Shown here: in pieces, positions 1-11,949 of the stretch
Position numbering within the stretch: the stretch's first letter is position 1
Layout: every line of letters begins with the position of its first letter
Origin: Octopus sinensis
Taxonomy: Eukaryota
Length of the DNA: 64,000 nt
Assembly: GCF_006345805.1 (NCBI RefSeq)
Contig: NC_043001.1
Coordinates: 109,988,001 to 110,052,000 of the forward strand
Reading direction: 5' to 3'
Position numbers and translations under genes: made by a program
Notes under the pieces: generated by a model
What the model was told of the DNA's origin: nothing
What the model saw: the letters and a program-made list of their open reading frames with translations, nothing else
Databases searched by the model: none

Positions 1-89
1 TATTTGAATGTGATCAGGTCGATGGTCGAGTTACCAAATTTGAAACAATAAATAATGATTTCAAATTTTTGTTACAATGGCAGATTGAG

Positions 90-264
90 GTGGAGGGGAT
101 TAACCCAATTACATCGACTCAGGCGGGTAACTGGTACTTATTTAATCAACCCCGAAAAGATGAAATGCAAAGTCAACCTCGGAGGTATTTGAACTCAGAA
201 CGTAACGGGCGAAATACGGCTACGCATTTCGACCGGTGCGCTAACGATTCTCCTAGCTCGCCGC
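90..264 (-). mobile_element. tRNA-derived SINE, family A
   Basis: Reverse complement of the head GCGGCGAGCT..GAATCGTTAGC, the B-box-like GAGTTCAAAT and the core CTTTTCGGGG.TGATTAAATAAGTACCAG; the same family recurs more than 10 times in the window. Confidence 0.8.
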
Positions 265-530
265 TTTTTACTATTTCTCAACAAACAGCCATAGGAATAA
301 ATTCAGCCTGTCTTAAGATCTCAGACTTCTAATATGTATTGTTTTTATCTTGATTTAACCTGATGTGACTTTTACTCTAAATGTTTCCAAAATATGAACT
401 TTTATAAATTTGTTATTGGTTTTGGATTTGAATCGCAACAATTGTAGGGATTATTAATATTATTGTAATAAATTAATAAATTAAAATATGTCAGTTTAAA
501 CTCTCTATTTTCCTTATAAATTGTTTATAT

Positions 531-596
<66 letters not shown>

Positions 597-1138
597 ACGC
601 CTTTTAAATTCACGATCCTCTAAATTGTTTTCTTGTAGCATCCCTTGGATGTATTGATCTCATAACGATGAATACATTTATGTTTGTGTCATTCAATTAC
701 TTTATCTGCCCCGATATCGATGAATATATAAACTAACGTATATATCCCGCTGTCTCATAACATCGTTTCTGTTTCTACAACAGTGTAAATCTCATCTTAT
801 GATATTATTAGACGCAGAGAAACATTTAAAATTAATTCTCTTGCTCCACTTTCTAACCATCAATATACAGATTACATTTCGTTTAACACTTAAACCTGGA
901 TCATGTTCTGTGAACGCCGCCGCATTTTTCGTGTATGCCGGATATTAGTAATATTGCCGCCGTTGGTGATTGTTAGGAAAAATTTTAATCTATAACCGAA
1001 AATATGAAATCATTAATGTCGTTACTGTTTACATGAGTAAAATCAATGCCTGATTTTCTAGAATGAAAGATGTGATGTTACTATGGTAAAAGTGTTCCAG
1101 GACTTTGGAGATGTAGCTATATATATGAATAAGACTGG

Positions 1139-1140
1139 AT

Positions 1141-1225
<85 letters not shown>

Positions 1226-1311
1226 TAGTAGTGGTGGTGGTGGTTGTGGTGGCAATACTATCACTAATATCACCACTGCTACAACAAATAATAATAGTAA
1301 TAATAATAATG

Positions 1312-1375
<64 letters not shown>

Positions 1376-1397
1376 TAATAATAATAATAATAAAATG

Positions 1398-1440
<43 letters not shown>
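1139..1440. repeat. Compound triplet microsatellite (GTA)n-(AAT)n-(ATT)n
   Basis: Read directly; the source of the poly-S/N/I/L ORFs. Confidence 0.95.
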
Positions 1441-2339
1441 GCAAGATGATACCTACCTAGAAAGTAAGGTGGAAGACGCTTAATATCAGTAGAAGACTGC
1501 GTGGAGTTTGCTTGAATAGATATAGATTCCTTCCTTGGTAATTAGAGAAGAAAGTTTATTAAAAGTTACTTAAATAATCAACAGCTCTTGTAGATTGGAC
1601 GAAAACTGAATTAGCAAGGCTACACAGAAGAACTAGGATGGAATTCAATATGAATGGACGACTCCACCCAAGGTTAGGAGTAGCAAGATTATATCTACCT
1701 AGAAAGGAAAGAAGAGGGTTAATATCAGTAAAAGACTGCGTGGAGTTAGCTAGAGTAGATATTGACTCCTATGTAAGTAATATTGAAGAAAGTTTATTAA
1801 GAGCTGCTAGAGTCACAGCAAGACATAGGGAAACCAACACACCAAATGAACTTAAAAAAAAACAGAAAAAAAGAACAGAAATTATCTGACTGTCATTAGA
1901 AGGCGTTGCATGGTAGATATTTTCTGCAAATAGTAGCAGTGAGATATGTTCATAGCTGCAGAAAGGAAACCTGAAAAGGGAGATAGAAAGTTTTTAGTAG
2001 CTGCATACAATCAAACATTAAGGACTAATTGGATAAAAGCAAAGATAGATAAAAACCAAGGAGATTCCCAATGTAGATTATGCAAATCAAAAGAGGAAAG
2101 CGTTATTCATATAGTAAGTGAATGTAGCATGCTGTCACAGAAAGAATACAAGAAAAGACATGACAATCTATGGAGAGCAATCCACTGAGTGTTATATAGA
2201 AAACTAGGATTTGACCATGCTGATAAATTATATGAAGATGAGCGTAGTAAAGTACTAGAAAGTAAGAAATACAAGATGTTGTGGAACTTTAACATTCAGA
2301 CTGACAGAGTAATAGAAGCTAGAAGGCCTGATTTGGTGA

Positions 2340-2390
<51 letters not shown>

Positions 2391-2690
2391 ATAAAGAGAA
2401 TAGAAAATGTTAGATAATTGACTTTACAGCCGCAAATGATGACGAAATTAATATATATAAGAAGTACGGAAAAAGAGCAAAGTAGAGGAACCAGCACTTG
2501 AACTACTGAGACTTTGGAAAGTGCGGGTAAAATGTATCTCAATAGCTATAGAGTCATTGGGAAGCATTCCGAAATATCTGAACGGATGGATAGAGAAAAT
2601 AGGCATAAAACACAGTTTAGTACAGCTCCAGAAAATAGTTTTATTAAGAACAGCTAGGATGCTTAGGAGGGTTCTTGGCATCTAAGGATA
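1438..2690 (+). pseudogene. 5'-truncated, decayed non-LTR retrotransposon with restriction-like endonuclease (R4/Dong-like)
   Basis: Frameshifted pieces: LHPRLGVARLYLPRKERRGL (RT C-terminus), CRLCKSKEESVIHIVSEC..EYKKRHD (CCHC finger), WNFNIQTDRVIEARRPDLV..DK..IIDF (REL PD..D), ending RTARMLRRVLGI*. Confidence 0.85.
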
Positions 2691-2787
2691 TTTTCTGTAA
2701 CCAACTAGTAGGTCTCTTGGTATCTAAAACTGCTTGTGTTTATTATTATAGAGAAGTAAAGATACACATATCCACATACACACGGAA

Positions 2788-3231
2788 GGCGGCGAGCTGG
2801 CAGAATCGTTAGCACGCTGGGCGAAATGCGTAGCCGCATTTCGTCTGCCGTTACTTTCTGAGTTCAAATTCCGCCGAGGTCGACTTTGCCTTTCGTGGTC
2901 GATAAATTAAGTACTAGTCACGCACTGGGGTCGATGTGATCGTCTTAATCTTTTTATCTGTCCTTGTTTGTCTCCTCTGTGTTTAGCCCCTTGTCGGCAA
3001 TAAAGAAATAAGAAACGTTAGCACACGGGCGAAATGTTTAGCGGAGTTCCATCCATTGCTGCGTTCTGAGTTCAAGTACCGCCGATGTCGACTTTGCCTT
3101 TCATCCTTTCGGGGTCGATAAATTAAGTACCAGTTACGCACTGGGGTCGATGTAATCTACTTAATCCCTTTGTCTGTCCTTGGTTGTCCCCTCTGTGTTT
3201 AGCCCCTTTGTGGGCAATAAAGAAATAAGGA
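2788..3231 (+). mobile_element. SINE family A tandem dimer
   Basis: Full head at 2788; a second, head-truncated unit starts at about 3014 (GAAACGTTAGC); both end in GTTTAGCCCC..AATAAAGAAATAAG. Confidence 0.9.
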
Positions 3232-3849
3232 AACACGCATATATATGATAGTGCTTCAACGTAAAATGTGCTCTTTTGAGCTGTTACCGCCTAACAACCG
3301 TTACTTAGGGACTCGCCAATAACCGTTAGAAAAAAAAACGAAAAACGCTAATAGTAGTAGTAGAAAAAGGCGTCGGTCGGTCGATCGTCTAGGTGAACAC
3401 TTCATGGTGATGGCTTAGCAATGCATAGCATTGCCCAGCATTGTCTTAATGTATTGACTGATAGAGATTAAGGGAATAAGTGATTAAGAGAATAAAAATG
3501 TTTTACTAATAATATTCATAATCCTATATTTATAACTGCCATTAACCACACAGCAAGTTCCTTTCGTATGGCTCAGACAAATCAAATGCTTCCTCTCTTT
3601 CACAGCATGAGCAAGAGCTAATATATTCTTCTATGATCACGATTCAGTGTTTGAATTATTAACACTATCGTCTGTTTGTAGTATTTGTAAGTGATCTTCA
3701 TTTTATTGACTTACTGTACTATCACGTATTAACTCAGTCAGCATTCATGTTTTTCTTATACATTTGTCATAAAGACAGTTTTTCCATGAATCGGAGAAAA
3801 CCACACGCATAACAAAACCCAATAGAGTGCGTGATAAATATTCATTTAT

Positions 3850-4210
3850 TCTTTTATTTTTTTCAGTCATTTGACAGTAGCCATGCTGGAGCTCTGCCTT
3901 TAGTCAAAACAAATCGACTCCGGGACTGACTCTTTGTAAGCCTAGTTCTTATCCTATAGGTCACTTTTGCCGAACCGCTAAGGTTACGGGGACGCAAACA
4001 CACCAACATCGGTTGTCAAGCGATGGTGAGAGAGGGGGGCACAGACACACAATCATATACATATATATATACGTCGGGATTCTTTCCACTAAATCCACTA
4101 AATCCATTCACACGGCCTTCCCAGCCTGAGATTCTAGTAGAAGACACTTGCCCAATCTGACACGCAGTGAGACTTAACCCGGAACCATGTGGTTGATAAG
4201 CAAGCTACTT
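3850..4210 (-). mobile_element. SINE family B (CORE-like segment, internal microsatellite)
   Basis: Reverse complement of the family seen at 15007 and 22180 (TTGGGCAAGTGTCTTCTACT; tail GACTGAA). Confidence 0.85.
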
Positions 4211-4311
4211 TATTTAATTTAATTGGCTATAAAAGCCGTACATATATGTAGTAGCTGCGGGCTGGACAAAACACAAGATGAATGAATGACAAAGCAAATA
4301 ATGAGATTAAT

Positions 4312-4656
4312 GGCAGAATCGTTAGCACGCTGGGCGAAATGCGTAGACGTATTTCGTTTGCCGTTACGCTCTGAGTTCAAATTCCGCCGAGGTCGACTTT
4401 GCCTTCCGTGGTCGATAAATTAAGTACTAGTCACGCACTGGGGTCGATGTAATCGACTTAATCCTTTTATCTGTCCTTGTTTGTCTCCTCTGTGTTTAGC
4501 CCCTTGTCGGCAATAAAGAAATAAGAAACGTTAGCACACGGGCGAAATGTTTAGCGGAGTTCCATCCATTGCTGCGTTCTGAGTTCAAGTACCGCCGAGG
4601 TCGACTTTACCTTTCATTCTTTCGGGGTCGATAAATTGAGTACCAGTTACGCACTG
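4312..4656 (+). mobile_element. SINE family A dimer, local copy of 2799-3143
   Basis: 345-bp direct repeat sharing private variants (core deletion GCCTT.CGTGGTCG, TACTAGTCACG, GGAGTTCCATCCATTGCTGCG). Confidence 0.9.
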
Positions 4657-4876
4657 ACTCCTGAGTCAGTGGGATTAATGAGGGAAGGCAAGCGACGCCC
4701 GCCGATCGCTGCTTCCCGAAAACAGTGTTCTTCGTTTCCTTTCTAATAGATTGAAGTTATAAACCTCTTACTTTAATTCAATTGGATCCAAGGTCCTTAC
4801 AAATGAGGCACTGATCCTCATCCATTTTTCATAATGGGCCATATGCCCCTACTATACGAGGCACTAAGGCTCTTAA

Positions 4877-5395
4877 TTATTTTCCGCCCCTCCGGCGCCT
4901 GACAAAGCTCAATGCTTCACTCAAGCACCTCGATGGTGCTAGGTCGGGGTGCTTCGGCAGTAAGCAGAATGTGTCTTCTGGTAAGAAGTTCATCACCTTA
5001 TACAAATCGGTTTCCCACAGGACCTCCACAGCTATCTGCGGAGGCCAATCAGGGTCCTTAATGCAGGTTAGAACCTCTCCCATCCGACCTTCTTTGGTAA
5101 ACTTTTTAATAAAATATTCGACTGTCCCTCCCTTGTGGAATAAGACAAAAAATTCCTCCTCCACCTGGGTCGAAGCCAGAGTTCCCACCGTCGGTGGCAC
5201 AATATCCACCAATGGGGTTCCGGAACATGCAGGCAATGTAACCACCGGCAATGCCCCGTTTTTCTTTTTTTCTATTTTACCACGGGAGGGGGTACTTCTT
5301 CCGTTTTGTCCGGAAGATTTTCCTTCTCTCCCTCGGTGAGTAACTATTGTTGCCCACCTTCTTCTTTTTTCAAGGATGTGGGGTGTAGTCGTTAT
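4877..5395 (-). CDS. Orphan open frame (173 codons including stop, stop-to-stop; 124 aa from TTG) in a GC-richer island
   Basis: Non-repetitive frame without stops, extended by hand upstream of the track ORF to the TAA at 5396-5398; no in-frame ATG until late; no family recognised. Confidence 0.3.
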   Translation of the reverse strand: MTTTPHILEKRRRWATIVTHRGREGKSSGQNGRSTPSRGKIEKKKNGALPVVTLPACSGTPLVDIVPPTVGTLASTQVEEEFFVLFHKGGTVEYFIKKFTKEGRMGEVLTCIKDPDWPPQIAVEVLWETDLYKVMNFLPEDTFCLLPKHPDLAPSRCLSEALSFVRRRRGGK

Positions 5396-5482
5396 TTAAT
5401 ATCAGTCCCGTACTGTGGTCGATCTAATGGACTGGCCCTCTGCCCGCCAAAATTTCCGGCCTTGTGCTTCGAGTAGAAAGAA
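5396..5482 (+). mobile_element. 3' tail of SINE family A (tail variant 2)
   Basis: GTACTGTGGTCGATCTAAT..GGCCTTGTGC..GTAGAAAGAAT matches the tails at 6190-6272 and 6420-6495. Confidence 0.7.
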
Positions 5483-5539
5483 TTTTACGAAGTCGTTACC
5501 GTCGAAGAACCAGGCAAAAAGTATTGTATAAATGTAGCT

Positions 5540-5715
5540 GTGTTGTAAGTAGCTCACTCCCCCACTGCGCAGCGTGGGGAAGCGAGCTGGTTTGCAGCGT
5601 GGCGAATTATTGAATGTAAGACCTCTTTATAAATGTTCTGAAATATTTCACACACTTGGATTTTTATCTCATTCTGTTAATTTATATATATGTATATATA
5701 TATATATGTATGTAT

Positions 5716-5784
<69 letters not shown>

Positions 5785-6012
5785 GTATATATATCTGTGT
5801 GTGTTTCTGTCTATGTTTTCTCTTCCACCATCGCTTGACAGCGGTTGTTGGTGTGTTTACCTCTCCGTATCTTAGCGGTTCGACAAAATACTCCGATAGA
5901 ATAAGTACTAGGCTTACAAAGAATAGGTCCTTGGGATCGATATGTTCGACTAAAGGCAGGGCTCCAGCATGGTCGCAGTAAAACGACTGAAACAAATAAA
6001 AGAGTAAAAGAT
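5540..6012 (+). mobile_element. Degenerate SINE family B
   Basis: Recognisable 3' half at 5796-6012 (CCATCGCTTGAC..GAATAAGTACTAGGCTTACAAAG..GACTGAAACAAATAAAAG); head eroded. Confidence 0.7.
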
Positions 6013-6055
6013 AATAATATACATTTATATAATTTAAAAGCACCCTAGAAGCTGT

Positions 6056-6495
6056 GCGAGCTGGCAGAATTGTTAGTAGACCGGGCGAAATGCTTAGGGC
6101 GTTTCGTCTATCTTTACTTTCTGAGTTGAAATTCCGCTGAGGTCGGCTTTTCCTTTTATCCTTTCGGGCTCGATAAATTAAGTACCACTTGCATACTGAG
6201 GTCGATCTAATTGACTGGTCACCTCCCCCCCCCCAGAATTTCGTGCTTAGTGCCTAGAGTAGAAAAGAATATATTTCAAGGCGGCGAGCTAGCAGAAGCG
6301 TTAGTACGCCGAGGGAAATGCTTAGCGGTGTTTCGTCTGTCTTTACGTTCTGAGTTCAAATTCCGCTGAGGTCGGCTTTTCCTTTTATCCTTTCGGGCTC
6401 GATAAATTAAGTACCAGTTGCGTACTGGAGTCGATCTAATCTCCGCCTTCCAACAAAACATTTCGGGCCTTGTGCCTAGAGTAGAAAAGAATATT
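6056..6495 (+). mobile_element. SINE family A (tail variant 2) tandem pair
   Basis: Two complete units, 6056-6272 and 6280-6495, each ending GTGCCTAGAGTAGAAAAGAAT. Confidence 0.9.
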
Positions 6496-6839
6496 TATCA
6501 TATCAGCTCTGAAATAACGGCGAAACGAATTTCGAATATAAAGCTTCATTCTCTTTTCCAACCGGTGCATAAGAAGAAAAATGGTTGGAGTATTTTAACA
6601 CAGATAACTTTAAAATTATTATGAAAACCATGAGTTAAGGCTATCGGTTTTGGTATCTCTTTTAGACAAGTGAATTCTTAGAAACAAATATTTTAATAAT
6701 AGCGCTAACATATTTATTTTTAATTTAAATATTTTCCCAAAGAAATAGGTAAAAAAAAAATAAAGAAAAGGTAAAAAATAGTTTAAACAAATTCAGAACG
6801 AAAAAAAGTAGTTAAAATATATGGTTAACGGTGTTGGCA

Positions 6840-6858
6840 GGGACGAAGGAGGAGAAGG

Positions 6859-6891
<33 letters not shown>

Positions 6892-7800
6892 AGAAGAAGA
6901 AAAAGAAGAAGAAGAAGAAGAAGAAGGGGAAGAAGAAGAAGGGGAAGAAGAAGAAGAAGAAGAAGAAGAGGAAAAAAAAGAAGAAGAAGAAGAAAGAAGT
7001 AGAAGGAGAAGGAGAAGAAGAAGAAGAAGAAGAAGAAGAAGAAGAAAAAGAAGAAGAAGAAGGATGAGGAAGGGAAGAGGACCAGAAGACAAAGGAACTA
7101 TCGTTAATGATGATGATGGTGATGATGAAAAAGAAAATCAAGTTGATGACGAAGGAGAGGGAAAAGAAGAAGAAGAAGAAAAAGGAGAAGAAGAAGAAGA
7201 GCAACAAGAACAACAACAGCAAAGAGGAGGAAAGGGAAAAAAAAGCAGATGAATATGAAGAAGTAGGAGGAAAGCAGAAGAAAGAGGAGAAGAAAAGGGG
7301 GGATGGAGGAGTGAAAAACAGAAGTAGATGGAAAAGAAGGCAGAGAAGAAGAAGAAGAAGAAGAAGAAGAAGAAGAAGAAGAAGAAGAAGAAGAAAAAGA
7401 AGAAGAAGAAAAAGGAGAAGAAGAAGAAGAGAAGAAGAAGAAGAAGAAGAAGAAGAAGAAGGAGAAGAAGAAGAAGAAGAAAAAGAAGAAGAAGAAGAAA
7501 AAGAAGAAGAAGAAAAGAAGAAGAAGAAAAAGGAGAAGAAGAAGAAGAAGAAAAAGAAGAAGAAGAAGAAAAGAAGAAGAAGAAGGATGAGGAAGGGAAG
7601 AGGACCAGAAGACAAAGGAACTATCGTTAATGATGATGATGGTGATGATGAAAAGAAAATCAAGTTGATGACGAAGGAGAGGGAAAAGAAGAAGAAGAAG
7701 AAGAAGAAGAAGAAGAAGAAGAAGAAGAAGGAAAACGGAAAGAAAAAAACAGGAGTAGAAGGAAGAGTAGAGAAAAAACATGAAAGCGAAGAAGGAGGAG
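6840..7800. repeat. Polypurine (GAA)n-rich tract with a duplicated ~115-bp cassette
   Basis: Read directly; cassette copies start at 7061 and 7584. Confidence 0.95.
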
Positions 7801-7934
7801 GGGGAAAGAACGACAAAAATGGCGATGAAAAACCGTAAAGAAAAAAATACAGATAAAAATATATAAAAAGAAAATGCAGAAAAGAACAACAATCTCAGCA
7901 ACAAAGATTAAAACAAAAGACAAAACAAATATAC

Positions 7935-8790
<856 letters not shown>

Positions 8791-9771
8791 TGTGTATAAT
8801 GATAAAAAGAAAAAGAAAATGGTCAGAGAGCGAAGAGTAGAGAGCAGAGGAGCAAAGCGAATCGTAAATGGTTGGGGTGCTAAAGATATTTTCCCGTAGC
8901 TACCATTTCGAAACCACCGATAGCAATTTTCTCACCGCCCTTCCTTGTTCTTGCTAGTCCACGCTGAAGTTGCTACACACTCCCCACCCCAGCTCAGAAC
9001 AGCCACACCACATCTCCTCAGCTATAGTTGCCCCCAAGTGCACCCGAGCCCTTCTCACCCCCCGTTCACATTGCAGAAATATCATCTTTTTTTGTTTGTT
9101 TCTTATATAGTTTTTACTGTTTTGGATTTTTCTTTATTGTGTGTATCAGGAACTCTCTGGCTTCTATTTTATTCATGTTGGCTACTTCTCAAGAATTTCC
9201 CAAGATTTTCCAAGACTTATATAGCTTAGAACGTAAAAGAAAATTGATAGCAGAAAGAAAGAAGAAAAAAACAAAAGAAAACACGAGAGATTACGAGAGA
9301 AAGAGCGGGAATAAAGAGAGGTAAGGAGAGAGAGAGAAAGAGAGAGAGAGAGAGCTACTGGTATGATTGGGATTAGGAACGTAAGAGAATAAGAGAACAA
9401 GAGGGAGTGAGAGAGGGGGAGAGAGAAACAGAGACAGAGACGAAAAGAGAAGTAGTGAGGAAAGCAGTAGTCAGAACCATCAGGAAAGAGAGAGATATAG
9501 AGAGCGAGAGAGAGAGACAAAGCGAGAGTGAATGTGTGAGAGGGAAAGACAGAGAAAGAATGTGTATAGTTGTGATATAGGCACAGAGAAAAAAATTATG
9601 AGGAGGGGTGAGAGGCAACGTAGCGAGTAAAATGGAGAGAATGGGAGAGAAACCACGAGAGAATGATCAATACATAAGCATGCAAATACACACGCACACG
9701 CACACACACACACGTATGCACAAATATATGCGCATACATTTATATATATATATATGTGTGTGTGTGTCTGA

Positions 9772-10092
9772 GGGTGTGTGGCTTAGCGGCTAGGGCATTC
9801 GGCTCACGATCTTAAGGTCGTGAGCTCGAATCCCGGCGACGCGTTGTGTCCTTGAGCAAGACACTTTATTTCAGGTTGATCCAGTCCAGTCAGCTGGCAA
9901 AAATGAGTAGTACCTGTATTTCAAAGGGCCAGTCCTTTCACTCTGCGTCACGCTGAATCTCCATGAGAACTACGTTAGGGGCACACGTGTATGTGGATTG
10001 CTCAGCCACTTGCACGTTAATTTCACGAACGAAGCTGTTTCCTTGATCGTATCAGCTGAGACCCTCGTCGTCGTAACCATCGGCGGAGTGCT
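9772..10092 (+). mobile_element. tRNA-derived SINE, family D
   Basis: A box TGGCTTAGCGG, B box GCTCGAATCC, CORE-like GTGTCCTTGAGCAAGACACTTTA; 3' half shared with family C. Confidence 0.85.
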
Positions 10093-10097
10093 CATTT

Positions 10098-10156
<59 letters not shown>

Positions 10157-10159
<3 letters not shown>

Positions 10160-10310
10160 AATGGGACAAGAATGCAAAATATCCGGACAGTTAGGTGATA
10201 CAAAATTGAGACAACAAAACATCCAGATAGACGATACAAAGAAACCAAAGACGAGTCATTCGAAGTCTTCTTTCCTCAGTCGAGTACCAGATTATCTTCG
10301 CAATTTTGGA
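10157..10310. repeat. Short unique-looking island flanked by (TA)n on both sides, with an internal imperfect repeat
   Basis: AAAATATCCGGACAG and AAAACATCCAGATAG; bounded by TA tracts. Probably a fragment of a TA-associated element (inference). Confidence 0.4.
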
Positions 10311-11949
10311 TTATATATATATATATATATATATATAGGAAAAAAGCAACAAGAATGGATTAAAATCAATTACTTAACCGTATATATATATATAATACCA
10401 ATAAAATTATGAAAAGAATGTAAAGAAATGTGATAATTTGTAATATTTATTTAAGTAGTGTTATTATTGTGGTTTCACTGGAGGCCTCAACAAATCTCTT
10501 CTTGATTTCTTTTCGATTTCCTTTTTTTTTTTTTTCTTAACGTGGCCGCAGTCAGAAACTAGTAAAAGAAATTGATTTTCGAAATATGTCTTAAAATATT
10601 TTCTTTATTTCTTACGAAGGTAGTGTACGAGTTTGCGTTGATTCCACTGCTAATTCTAGCCAGTTGTATGAGAATTTATAGGCCACTTCGCTGTTTCGAA
10701 ATCTGACAAGGAATGCAGAAAAGAGTATTTAAAATTTCAGGCGATAGAAGACGAAGCAAAAGAAGCGCTTAATAATATAGACATGGAGAAAACCATGCGT
10801 TTGAGAAGTTTATTTGGGACCAAAGCGATCGGGTATCGATCCTAGATGACAAAAAATTGGCCATGTATCTTTTATCTGTAGCAAATCTTTGACCAATAAG
10901 CTGTAAAGGGAAATTCAGAAAGAAAACATTGCGGAAGGCTGTTATGAGTGGATGTGTATGAGTGTACTGGTGGTGTCATTGTTTATTTCTATGTCAAACA
11001 GGTTTTGTGTTTAAAAAAACGCAACTTGGGGCATTGAGAAATAAGAAAGACACGTAAAATACTAGCTTGAGATCAGTAAGACTGAGTAAACCTGTGAAGG
11101 TAGTGCCTGGGTATGGGAGCAATCTAATTGCTGAAACCACTAGAAATAATGGGTGAACGTTTTTACTATTGTTGATAGTGAAATTGTTGATAATGTTGTG
11201 TTGTGATAGTTACTTCTGCCCCGACTAATAACACGGAGGAATTAACACGAAGAAGATGAAGAACAACAAGATAAAGAAAAATAAAGAAAATAAGGAAAAA
11301 AAAAACAACAAACAAACAAAACACTGGGTGGAAGAGGAGGAGGAAGGGGAGGAGGAATGTAGGATGGTTAAAGAATAAGGAAAACAAAACAACAGCAGAC
11401 GAAGGAGGATGGTAAGACGTACGATAAAAAAAACCACAACAATAAAAAATACATCAGTAGCAATTAGAACAACAATTACACTATAACAGGTAGGACGCGC
11501 AAGGAAAATAAATCTGCTCTCTCTGACATCACAAAAGCATCCAACGAATTTCTACTGATAGAAGATCGTGTGGAAGACATCTTTGAAATGAAGATAATTG
11601 CTTTCTCGTTTATTTATTTATTGTTTCTGTAGCATATCTATAGCTCTTTATGATGTTTATTTCCTTATTGAAAGCTTGTTGTTGTTTTTGCTGTCGTGGT
11701 GGTAGTGGATGTTGTTATTGTTGCTGTTTTCGTTGCTTTTGTAGATGTTACTACCGTTGTTCGTTTCGGCGTTTGATGATATTGTATTTGAATGAATTAG
11801 TTCGCGTTGCGTAATGTTTATTGCCAATAAGCGACAAATAATTAAATAATATGAAAGCAATTATAAGTTGTCTATGAAAAATCCTGCGTATATCCTGGTT
11901 AAAATAGGTGAGTAACAGAGTCCTCTGTGCAAGGACTCATCAGCAACGA

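Noticed and set aside
4971-5339. 122-aa plus-strand ORF
   Set aside because: Most likely the antisense shadow of the longer minus-strand frame.
6793-7904. Long poly-E/K/R ORFs (up to 334 aa)
   Set aside because: They arise from (GAA)n, are open in several frames on both strands, and the duplicated cassette differs by a frameshifting base.
9772-9845. tRNA-like sequences (also at 30942 and 59843)
   Set aside because: A/B boxes continue into SINE bodies; no complete cloverleaf seen.
10619-10825. GSVRVCVD (LTR RT-like) and a 57-codon frame with a TTTCAG acceptor
   Set aside because: No further RT motifs, no convincing donor, and no recognisable product.
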